From contig OZ242373.1 in assembly GCA_965209065.1 (NCBI GenBank), forward strand, positions 1,415,384 to 1,479,383: a stretch of 64,000 bases of DNA. The letters run 5' to 3'. This document shows, one piece after another, positions 9,855 to 21,900 of the stretch. The notes beneath the pieces are model-generated. The model saw only the letters and a list, made by a program, of their open reading frames with translations, did not search any database and had not been told where the DNA came from. Source of the stretch: Alphaproteobacteria bacterium. Its GTDB lineage: Bacteria > Pseudomonadota > Alphaproteobacteria > JAPOUT01 > G958296285. Numbering within the stretch: position 1 is the stretch's first letter; each line of letters begins with the position of its first letter. The translations under genes and the position numbers were made by a program.

Positions 9855-9883
9855 AATATAAGGTTTCGCGGGGCTTTTGTCAA
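9855..9883 (-). promoter_or_regulatory. sigma70-like promoter of the BI-1/YccA gene
   Basis: Minus strand has a near-consensus TTGACA, a 17-nt spacer and TATATT, followed by AGGAGG and the ATG at 9824. Confidence 0.5.
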
Positions 9884-9920
9884 GCCCACGCACACGCTAG
9901 AGCAAGGGGCACAAGAGGCA

Positions 9921-9957
9921 TAAAAAGAGCTCCCCCTCTCTAAAAAGAGAGGGGGAG
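9921..9957 (-). terminator. rho-independent terminator after giant gene copy 1
   Basis: Perfect 11-bp inverted repeat ctccccctctc-taaaaa-gagagggggag at 9930-9957. On the minus strand it is followed by CTCTTTTTAT. It lies about 40 nt after the stop codon at 9994. Confidence 0.6.
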
Positions 9958-9993
9958 ATTTGGTTTATCCCCCAATAGAAGAGCGTTCCCGTT

Positions 9994-12900
9994 TTAGCGG
10001 CAAGCAGTAGCAGTGCTACAAGTCAGGCTTGCGCCCCAAAGAATGATGGGGTGCGCGGCGGTGCCTGTATAAACAAGCGCGGGTGCATTAGCAACCCCAT
10101 TTTGCCCTATGAATAGAGTGCGCGGCGCATCGGTGCTGAAAACATCTGCTTGAGTAATGCTCACTTGCGCAGCAATTAGAGCCTCAGCATCCGTTAGCAC
10201 GACCGCGCCACCTGCGGTGATAGCTATATTACCAGCGCCTCTATAGAGCGTGCCGATGAGATTGACATCACCGCCCGCCGTTAGAGTTAGGTTGCCATTA
10301 GAGCGCCTACCATATCTTTGCTCGAGAATGATATCTTCACCTGCTTGAATAGCAACATCACCATCAGGAAGAATAATGCTACCGCCAGCTCTTAGGATAA
10401 CATTACCAGCCGTCATAACAGAGCTGTCTGTAAGGATAATATCGTTCATTGTTTCAATAACAATATTGTTACCACCTGTGGTTTGGATGCCAGCGTCATA
10501 CACAACTCTATTAGCAACAATTCTGACATTGCGTTGGCTGACCCTAACACTTCCAGTGTCGCTCATTGAGCGCAAGACAAGCGTTCCAAAACCTATATTC
10601 AAGTTGTTATTTAGCTCAATGTCATTCATCGCGATTAAATTGACGTTTTGATTGTTAGCAACATCGTCAGGCATTTCAACCATCTCGTCAGTGTCTATCA
10701 TAATGTTCATGCCAGTTAGAGTAACCGGTTTGGTTTTAGAGAAGATGACGATGGGGGCGTTAATTTCTATATTATCGCTTGCCGCAATCTCAGCATCAAT
10801 GATGATAATTTCCGTTGCTTCTAACACGATTTTCCGTGTCACGCCGTTGCCGCCCGCGCCCGTGCCAACCTTATCTGCCGAGATAACAATACGATTGGCT
10901 TTAATGGTAATAGGCATATCGGGAAGAATCAAATTACCACCCTCGTCCGCATTGACGATGAAGTCTTTGTCATCTTCATCGGTGAAGTCGACTATGTTGT
11001 CCTCTAGATTATCTTCATCTGCAAACGGGTTGCCTGCTTCAAAAGCGTCCATTAGGTCTATGTTTTTATCTGCGCCGTCGCCGCTGTAAAGAGCGAATTG
11101 CGTTGCCCAAGTTAAGCGTCCTTGAATTTCAGCACCCAAGTAGCTAATTCTTGGCGCACCCTCGGCGGTGGAAGTAATCGCGCCATCCTCATCTACTACA
11201 TTGATATTGAACGTAACCTCTGTCGGCTTGTCTGTGGGGAAGAGCGCACCATCTTGCGAGAGCTTGATAAAGCTTGCGGTAAGCGCGGTGGGGTCGGCAA
11301 AAGTGATAACGCCTGTGTCGCCTCTCTCATCACCAGCGATGAGATCCAATCTGCCTACACCAACATCAAACCCGCCTGATAGAGCAAGATTGCCGGTGGC
11401 GGTAACCGTAAGATTTTGAGTGGAGGTTGTGCCTACTGTCGGTGAAGTGAGCGTGATAACAGCACCGAAAATGCTGGTTGCCTTCTCGGTAGAGAAGTTA
11501 ATCTGCCCGACAACAATAAGACTTAGGTTTTCTTGCGTGATAACTGCCGCCTCATTGACCGTTGCGGTCGATTGCGAACGCACCACACCACCAATAGTTA
11601 TATTTTGCGCGTTGATGCTCGTTCCATCAGCATGGGTGAACATAATGTCTTCATCATCACCTGCTGTTAGGGTCAAATCAACGCTGGCGAAATTTATATT
11701 TTGCGCGTGTATGGTGATAGAACCACTAGCCGTGATACCCAAAGAAGCTGTGCCCGCCAAGGCTGACGTTGCTTCGCTCCCTGTTCCAGAGAGGACTATA
11801 TTCACATCCCCTGCCATGATAATGCTGGCACCCGATATAGATAGGCGAGTGGCGCTTAAAGATAGATTGCCCGCTCCAAGAGTAACATTCGACCCAATAG
11901 AGATAACAGCTGAAGCACTGCCCTCAGTTGTCGGCACAATAGTAATAGATAAATTCCTATCCGTAGCCGCCATCCAAGCAGCAAACGTTATTCCATCATC
12001 AGCTGTTCTAATTAAATTGAGGTTAGCCACCGTAAGCGTAGCAGGGCTGGCATCAACAAAAGCACCACCTTGCGACCAGTTAAATGTCGTGGTGGCGATA
12101 GTTGGCGTTCCAGCGAAAGTGGCTTGACCGCTTGTGGCGGTGATAGCAATCACCTCCGCCGTGAGTGTGCCCGTTCCGCTAAAGGCGATATCGCCTCCGC
12201 TTGTGATGGTTAAAGTGCCACCTGTTGTTGCGGGAGTTGTTCCTGCCGCCGCAACTGTTCTACCGAGATCGATATTGCCTGATAGAGCAACCGCACCTGT
12301 GGCAGCTACTATCGTCAAGTTTTGACCGCTTGCGGTAGGCGTGCTATCGGCGGCAGAAGCCAGCGTAATATCAGCACCCGAGATAGCAGTTGGCTTGTCG
12401 GCAGCAAAGTTGAGCGCACCATTCGCCGTTAGGGTGAGGTTATGGCTCGCAGCCACTATTTCTTCTGCATCGTCAGTTGCTGGTGTGATGGTTTGCGCTC
12501 TAACAACGCCACCGATGGCAATATCGTTTGCCTTCACATCAGCGGCTTTGGTGAAGATGATTTCACCACTTGCCGATAGGCTCAAGTCGCCCGTGCCGGT
12601 GTTGGTGTTGCCGTGTTGTAAGTCTATGGTGTCTGCGCCAATGGAGATATTACCTGCGGTCGCAATTAGGGTGAGGTTTTGATTATCCGTATTGCGAATA
12701 GCGGCAGCAGCACCTGTGGTGTCCGCGCTTGTCGTGATGGTTATCGCTGAAGCCATTAGGGTAACATCAGCCGCGCCGGTTGCGAGGAAACTTCCGCTAA
12801 GCGTCAAGGTGCCCGTGCCTAGATCAACATCGGCAAGAGTAATGCCTTCATTGGTTGCTGTGAGAAAGAGGTCTCTGCCTATTGCCACCATCCACTCTGC

Positions 12901-15900
12901 GATGGTTATCGCGGCAGCAGAAGTGATGGTTAAGTCATCTGTTACTAACGCGGTTGGCGCTGTGCCGAGAGAAGCATAAATCAAGACAACATCGCCCGTG
13001 CCAGCGTTATAACTACCCGCAAGTGTTAGCGCACCTGAAGCGGTTATCCTAAGGTCTTGGTTGCTTGCGGTTGCCACGCCGCTTGTAGCGGTGCCAGTAG
13101 CCGTGAGCGAAACAACAGCACCGCTAATGGTTGTGGCTTGCGTGGTAGAGAAGTGTATCGGCATCTCTGCGCCAGCAGTTGTTGTGCCTGCGGTAATCGT
13201 AATGTTTCCAGTGGTCTGAAGCACACCGCCGAGCAATACTGCGCCAGTAGCGGTTATCGTAACGTCGCCAGCTCCCGCATCAGGTGTGGTGGCACTTTCA
13301 GCAGTGCCAGAAGTTAGCGTAATAGCACCACCTGTAAGCATAGTTGTCGCTATGCCGAAGCCTATCGCGTTATCAGCACCAGACGTGACACTAATAGCAC
13401 CTGTGCCTGTATTAAACAAGCCGTCCAGAATTGCTGCACCCGTTGCCCTTATGGTGAAAGCCGCATTGCTTGCCGCGCCTGCTGTGGTTGAAGTTAAGCT
13501 GACATCAGCACCCGAAATAGTTGTCGCACCAATGAGCGTGATAGCACCTGCGGTAGTGAGCGTTAAGTTATGCTGTGTCGTTGTTTCGTCAGCAGTGGCT
13601 TGCGCTCTTATCGTGCTGCCAGTAATGGTAGTCGTGGCAGGTAAGTCTCCTATGCCCGCTACAGTTACGCTTCTACCGAAAGTGATGTTCGCGGCGGTAA
13701 GCACGGCGGCTTTGCTGAAGGTAATGTTGCCGTTTGTCGAGGCGGTGAAATCCGCCGTGAGGTTTATCGCTGTGGCGGTAAGCGTGATATCACCTGTGGC
13801 GATAAGCGTGAGGGCTTGCCCGCCACGGATAGCGGCATCGCCAGCTTCTGTGCCTTCTGCGGTAGCAGTGAGCCTTATCGTCGAAGCCGTTAGCGTGGCA
13901 GGAGCAGCACCCATTGTGATGACGACTCCACTGAGCGTTAAGGTGCCGGTGCCTAAGTCAGCGGTGGCGAGGGTAATGCCTGCGCCGGTAGCGGTAACCG
14001 ATAGGTTTCTGTTTTCTTCCACCATCCACTCTGCGATGGTTATATCGCTCGTAGAGATAATTGCTAAGCCGCCTGCGGTAATATCACCTGTCGGTGCCGA
14101 AATAGAATCGTAGTTCAAAGTCAAAGCGCCGGTGCCTAAGTCATAATCGCCGTCTAGCGTTAGCTCGCCTGAAGCGGTTATCGTGAGTGCTTGGTTGCTT
14201 GCGGTTGCCGTGCCGCTTGTAGCGGTGCCGGTAGCCGTGAGCGAAATATCCGCACCGCTAATGGTTGTGGCTTGCGTGGTAGAGAAGTTTATCGGCATCT
14301 CTTCACCAGCAGTTGTTGTGCCTGCGATAATCGTAATGTTTCCAGCACCCGTATCAAACGCACCGCCGAGCAATACTGCGCCGGTAGCGATTACCGTAAC
14401 GTGGCCACTACCTATAGCAGGTGTGCCACCTTCATCAGCTATGCCTTCAGCAGTAGCAGTGCCAGAAGTTAGCGTAATAGCACCACCCTTGAGCACGGTT
14501 TCCACGATGTTTGTTCCGTCGGCGAAGCGTATTGCGTTATCAGCACCCGAAGTGACGCTAATATCACCTGTGCCTGTGTTAAACAAGCCGCTCAAAACCA
14601 CTCCGTTGCTTGCCGTTATGGTGAGGTCGGCATTGCTTGCCGCACCTTCTGTGAGTGAAACTAGGCCGATGCCCGCACCCGTGATGGTCGTCTCACCGAT
14701 GAACGTGATAGCAGCTGTGGTGATGAACACTAAGACATGCTCAGTCGTTTCCCCGTCAGCAGTGGATTGAGCTCTTATCGTGCTGCCAATAACGCTTGCC
14801 GCTACATCGCCTGCGGCGGGAACATTTCTACCGAAAGTGATATTCGCGGAGGCAAGCGTGGTGGCTTTGGTGAAGGTAATGTTGCCACCTGCTGATGCGG
14901 TGAAGTCTCCGCTGAGGTTTATCGCTGTGGCGGCGATGGTGATATCACCTGTGGCGATAAGCGTCAGGTCTTGGTCGCCACTGATAGCGGCATTTGTTTC
15001 TTCTGTAGTCGTGAGCCTTATCGCCGAAGCCGTTAGCACGACATCTGCGTCTCCCGTTGTGATGAACAATCCGCTAAGCGTTAAAGTGCCTGCGCCCAAA
15101 TCAGCAGTGGCGAGGGTGATTTCGCCTGTGGCAGTGAGGGATAGGTTTCTATCTGTAGCCACCATCCAGTCTCTTAGGACAACCGCTTCTGCTGCCTCGC
15201 CTGTGTAAGCTAGGGTGAGGTTGCCTCCACCAGTTAGGGTAAATCCACTTGTTTCACCAAAAACGCTATCGCCCTTTGACCATGTGAGGTTGGGCGTTGC
15301 TATTGTTGGGAGTGTGCCGTCCGTGTGGGCGGTGAACGTGACGGCATTTGTTGTTGTTAAGACCACAGCACCCGTGGCATTAGTGCCCGTGGCACTGATG
15401 GAGGTCACCACATCAGCCGAGCCGATTGTCAAACGATTTGTCGTTAGGTTGAAGGTCGGTGCGGTGAAGACGCCGACCAAGCTGGTAGAGCCAAGCACAT
15501 TGGCGGTAAGGCTTGTATCTGCGCCCATTGTCAAAATGCCGTTCAAGGTTAGTCTTCCTTGAATGGTTAGGGTTAGGTCGCCACTAAAGGCAGTGGCATC
15601 GCCGTCATCAGCACCGGCGCCAATGCCAATGCTCGCGGCGGTTAGGACAAGCCCTGCGGCTCTAATTTCTCTTATGCCTGCCGGGAAAATGATTTTACCA
15701 GTCGTTGTGATGGTAACAATTTCAGTGCCGAAGTCTAAAAGACCATCTGCGTTTATGGAGAAGTCTGAGAAGTCGCCGTTAGTGTCAGCAAGAAGAGCGG
15801 CAATATCAACATTATCACTACCATTATCCGGTGCGAATTCCAGTGTGTCTAGCACAAACCAATCGCCATCATTGTCCGTGACCTGTTGTTCCCCTGCACC

Positions 15901-18900
15901 TAGATATTTAACGCGAGGCTTCACTTCCGCATTTCCCGCAGTGGTGAAAGTAGCAGGAGCGGTCGAGCCTGCGGTGAAAGGCGTATCATTCTGTTGTAAT
16001 CTGATAGAGCTTGCCCTCAAGGTGGGAGTAGGCGTAAAGACAATGTCGCCTGTTCCGCCGCTTGCGCCCGCAACAAGCCTGATGATGCCCGTGCCAGCAT
16101 TAAACATACCGGCGATGGTGAGGTCTCCAGTCGCATTGATGGTTAGGTCTGCGTCAATTTGACTGCCTTCTTCGGCTGAATCCAAGCTAACGGCAGCACC
16201 CGAAATGGTGGCTTTGCCGATGAAGGTGATAGCACCTGCGGTGGTGAGCGTTAAGTCGCTTGCGGTTATAACCTCTGCGTCATCAACCGTTGCGGTTGAG
16301 CGCGCGGAAATTACACTGCCCGTTTTACTTGCCTCTGTAGTTACACCGCCTGCGGTTGATGCCGGAATCTCTCTGCCGAAAATGATGTTCGTGGCGGTAA
16401 GCGTGGTGGCTTCCTTGCTAAAGACAATACCATTCGCGCTAGTCGTTGAGGCGGTGAAGCCTCCCGTGAGGTGTATCGCTGTGGCGGCAATGACAATATC
16501 ACCAGTGGCGATAAGCGTGAGGTTTTGGTCGCCACGGATAGCGGCATCGCCTGATGTTGTGCCGTCCGCACTTGCGGTGATGCTGATATCTTTCGCGGTA
16601 ATTGAAACGGCGGCGGTTGAAACCAGCAGGGTGCGCGCGTTAATCGTCAAGTCGCCAGTGCCTAAATTGGCGGAGGCGGAGACTTCAACTATTTTGCCGG
16701 CGGCTGTGATGGAGAGATTTCTATTTGCGGTAGTATCCACCATCCACGCTCTTAGGTTAATGATTGGGCCTTCGCTTGCGGTGCTGGTGAGAACGAGACT
16801 TGGGGTTGCCAGCGTCAGCTCTGCGGGGAAGTTGGCACCACTTGACCATACGACTGCGGTTGCGGCGGTAATGCTTGTATCACCATCAGTGCTTGTGCCA
16901 GACGCATCGGTTAGGTTGAAGGTAGGCGCAGTGATGACCGCACCCGAGAGGTCTGCACGGCGAGCGGTGATGGCTAAAGTTAAGTCATCGCCCAAAGTGA
17001 GCGCGCCCTTCAAGATGAGATTTGCGGTAAGCGTAATCGCTAGGTTTCCACTGAAAGCAGTAGCAGGCGCGGTATCTGCGCCAGCGCCGATGCCGATGCT
17101 CGCCGCTTCTAGGGTAAGGCTGGCGGCGGTAATCGCCGTTATGCCTGCGGGGAAAATGATTTGTCCTGTCGTGATGAGCCTCACAGATTCCTCGCCGAAG
17201 CTGAGGATACCAGTGGCGACGTCAAAGGTGAAAGGTCTAAATGCCATTTGGTCTGAATCACCAGCGATAAGGTCAGCGATAATAATGTTTTCATCGTCCG
17301 CATCGTATGTGAGGGCGGCGAATTCAAACCAGTCATGCTCCGTTTGCGGGAGTCCGCCCGTGCGCTCCGCATTGGGCAGTGCGTTTTCAAAAATAGTGAA
17401 AGTGACGCCTGTCGGTTCATCTTCGGGGAAAAGAGCGTTTTGCGTTAATAGAATGGAGCGCGCGGTTAGCGTCAAGCCGTCATTAAGAGTGATAGAGCTT
17501 TGGTTCTCATTGTCGCCATTGTTTCCAGCGCTAAAGTTCATTTCGCCGCCGTCTGCCTCATTACCCACATCAAATAGACCTGAGAGGTTGATATTACCAT
17601 CGGCAGTTAGGGTAAAGTTTTGCTTGCTTGTTGCACCCGCGATAGTGGAGGTAAGCGTTATCGTGCCTGCCGTGATACTCGTTGCTTTACTTGCATCAAG
17701 GACGATTGCGTTCGCCGCATTAAGCGTGAGGTCAGCACCCGCAGCTCTAATGTCGCCACCGATTGTTATATTGTGCGCTCTAACAACAGAGGCTTTGGAG
17801 AAGATAACTTGTCCGCTTGCCGACAGGTTCAAACTACCTTCGCCGCCATGTCTCAAGTCTATATTATCCGCGCTAATGGTGATATTGCCTGCGGTCGCAC
17901 TTAAGGTGAGCCCTTCACTGCTACTCGTATTGGTAATCGCGGAACTCGCGCCAGTTCCATCGCCTTTGGCGGTGATGTTGATTGCCCCTGCGGTGAGCGT
18001 GATATTACTAGTTTTCACAGAAAAGTCGGTGGTAACAAGTGTCAAAATGCCGCCGCCTAAATTGATATTGATTCCTGTCGTAATCGCAGTGGAACTTCCT
18101 GCGCTAGTGATACTCAAACTTCTCCTGCCTGATGTCGGCACCATCCAGCCAGCGATATCAATAGTCTCTTCGCTTGAGGTGATTGCCAAGCTATCGGTTG
18201 TGAGGCTTGATAAAATAGTCGCATCAACTGAGGCGTAAGAAAGCACGAGGTCGGTCGTGCCGAGGTTAAAGCTTCCTGAGAGGTCAAGCGCGCCCGATGC
18301 CGTAATGGAAATCGATGCGCCGGCGGCGGTGGCTGGGGTAGTGGAATAGAGAGTGATGTCCCCGCCCTCAAGGGTTGCGCCGTCAGCGAAAGTGATAGCG
18401 GAGCCTCCCATAGCCATCAAAGTCAAGTTGCCGTTGCCGAAAGCGACAAGTCCAGCAGGAACGTTAATATCGGCGGTAGAGGAAGCTATAGTTAGGTTTT
18501 TGCCTGTGCGGATTGCCCATGCGGGAATAGTGAAGTCTGTGGCTCCATTGATATTAAGGGTAAGGTCGCCGGTATTCGTTCCTACGTTAGGGCTTCGGTT
18601 CGTAACGGTGGGAGCAGTTATCGTGAGGGCTGCCGCGCCAAAGCCTGAGCCACTAAGTGAAATGCCAGTGCCAGTGCTAGTTGTTATAGAGTATGTTGTC
18701 GTAATAGACGAAGCGCCACCGCCTGTCGCCGCTAGACTCGGCTGGTCGAATTCCCCTGCTCCTGTATAGGTAATAGCAAAATTTCCTACTAGAATGCGAG
18801 AGTTACTGCTAAGTCCCGAGCTGCTTTGGTCAGTGCTTATGCTGAAGGTATTGTTATCACCTGCAAAACTAAAGGTATGAAGTCCGCTAATAGTGCCATT

Positions 18901-21900
18901 ATCATTAGCAACCCCTGCGGTCAATGAGCCGCTTAAATTGAGGGTAACTGTAGCATTGCCCGCGCTGCTTGCGAGAGTTGATGCGACACTGCTTCCCAAA
19001 GTCAAAGTGCCTGCGGTGATGGTGGCGTCTCTAGCGAAGACGATACCATTGCTGTTAGCCGTGGTGGTTCTCAAGGCTAGGTCGCCGCTTCCGATATTAA
19101 GCACGGAGGGAACATTAAGAGCAACTTCGGTGGTGGTTACCGACAAGTTCGTGATATTCGCGGTTGCCCAAGCGGGTATATTGAAAGCGGTGGCGCCTGT
19201 ATAGGTGAGCTCGAGCGTTTCTGCGGTGAGCATAACGTTGGTTAGCGTGGCGTCAAATTCGCCCGCCGACAGGGTTAGCGTGTTTGCGCCGAAGTCATAA
19301 GCAAGCCCTGCGGTATCTGTAAAGGTTATTTTACCCGTTGCGGTCATTGATACATTGGCGGGGTTCGCAACGCTACCTGATAGCGTTATGGTTGCGGCTG
19401 TGATGGCAACATCGGCGCTTCCAAAGTTCAAAGTGGCGGCAGTTAATGATAACGCGCCTGTTCCAATGTTAAGTGCCGCAGGTATGGTGATGGTAACGCC
19501 AGCCACTGAGCCTGAATCAATAGTTAAGTTTTTACCAGCAACAATAGCCCACGTTTCAATAAGGAAAGTGCCATTCTCTTCTGCCAAGTTAATCGTAAGT
19601 GCGCCTCTAGTAACGGTATCAACCGCGCTCACTTCATTGGCGGTGAGGGTTAAATCTCCTCCGCCGATAGTAAAGCCGCTAGGCAGAGAAATCTCATCAG
19701 CCGTAATGCTTAAATCAACACCGGCAATCGCCGCCCAAGTTGGAGGCGTGAATGCGCCTGTGCCAGTATAAGCTAAGGAAATGTTAGAAACATTGGTAAT
19801 TGTCGGTGAGGGCGTGGCGGCAAATATAGCAGCACTAAGCGTTATGCTGGCGTTGGTGGAGGTAGTGCTATTAGCAAAATCATAAGCACCACTTAGAGAT
19901 AAAGTGCCGCTGGCAGTAAAGCTCAAAGGAGGCAACAGGGCATTGTTTGATGCGGCTGTTGTGGTGGCGAAGGTAATATCGCCTGCGGTGATTTGTGTAA
20001 AGCCTCCGCCAAAGTTAATTTTGTTCGTGTCTATATTTAAGTTTCCTGTTCCAAGAGAAACACCAGCTAATATATTCACCGTTGCTTCGCTTGCGGTTAT
20101 CGTGAGGTTTTTATCGCTTACAGCCATCCAATCAACGATATCAAGAGCGGTTGTGCCACTATTGGTAATTTCAAGCTCGCCGAAAGTGATGTTGGTGCTG
20201 TTGCTATAGGTGAGCGTGCTTCCCGCGCCCGATGTGCCGTAATTAAGCTCGAGCGTTTGCGTTCCGACATTAATCGGACCATTAAGCGTCAAGTTGCCTG
20301 TAGCCGTTATCGTTAAGTCTGCGCCCGCCGCAATGGTTGCCGCACTTGCTCCCGTTATGGAAACGGTTGAGCCGGTGATTGTAGTTTCTGTCAGCGCATT
20401 GGCGAAAGTTAAAGAGCCTGCGCCTATGGTTAAAGCCTTACCGCTATCGCCAAAAGCGCCGCTGAGCGTAATTGCGCCGTTTGCGGTGAGCTTGATACTA
20501 GCTCCCCACCCGCTAATGCTACCGGCGGAAATGGTTATACTGCCTGTTGTTTTTATTTCAGTAAGGGTGCTAGGGAAAGTAATTTGCCCCTCTGTTTGAA
20601 GCTCTAGAGGCTGACCGCCTAAATCTAAAACGCCATTAACAACGCTGAACTTACCTGATATTAACGTGGCTAAATTGATTGATGCCTGACCTGTGCTCAT
20701 AATAGGCACAGGAATGGAACAGCTGGTGTTTTCGACCGTTGAACAGGTAGCCCAAGTGCTAACCTGATATCCGTCCGCCGCATCAGCGCCGGTATATTTC
20801 ACCGCAGGCTTAACATTAAAGCTTGCGGGCGACACGCCATTAAAAGCTTCCTTGTTTGCTGATTGCGTTAGGCTAATGGTTTTTCCATTGATGGTGGGGG
20901 CGGGGCTTCCTGTAAACAAAATCTGACCGCCCACAGCAGTGATAGCTAAATCACCTTGAGTAGAGCCTGCCAAGCCGATGTTAAATGTGCCTTGAAGGGT
21001 TATGTCGCCCGCTGTCGTTGTTAAAGTGAGGTCTTGATTGCTCTGCGTTGCTCCCGCCGTAGAAGTGAGCGAGATGGATGTAGCTGTAATCGCAGTGGAG
21101 GCATCTAAGGCAAAACTAATTCCTCCAGTAGCACTTATCACTAAGGAGCCAGTTCCAAAATTTCTTGTTCCGCTAGGAAAAGCGATAGATGAATCGTCTG
21201 TCGTTATAGTCAAACTTCTATCGAAAGCGGCGCCGCCGCTAGCAGGAATCAGCCATTCGTTAGCTTCCGCCGTAAGGTCAAATGAGCCTGTGCTCAAAGT
21301 AAGGTTAACGCCACCCGCAGTTAAGGCGCGGTTGGTGCTGGCGTAAGTTAAACTTGCGGTCGTCAAGGTGAGCGTGCCAGTGCCGAGATTAATAGCACCT
21401 GATAAAGTCACGGCATCAGCATCTAGCGTTACGTTGCGCGCCGCGCTTGGAGCGTCGGGTGTTCCTTTTGAAGTCAGCGAGATAGAAGAGCCGCCGTCAA
21501 TTTTGGTGTCGCCGCTATAATTGATGGTGGAGCTTCCTGTGGTCGTAAGAGTGATAGTGCCGCCCGTTTGGATAAGCCCTGATAGCGTGAGAGCGCCGTC
21601 CGGAGTTATCTGCACATTATGGGTATTGTTTGGTGTTCCATCAATAGCCGATGAAAGCGTGATTTCATCGGCGGTGATGGTAGTGGCGCTTGAGAAAATA
21701 ATCGCATCAGCCGCGTTGATTGTTAAATCAGATATTCCCGAATTAAATAGGCCACCAAATAATCCTCCTACGCTCACCGTTCCGCCAAGCGTGATGTCAT
21801 TTACTTTGATGATTACGTCGTTTGCGAATCGAATCTCACCATTTGCCGCCGATAGGGTTAGATTGTTTTTATTGGCGTCATCATCACCCGTGCGTTTAAG

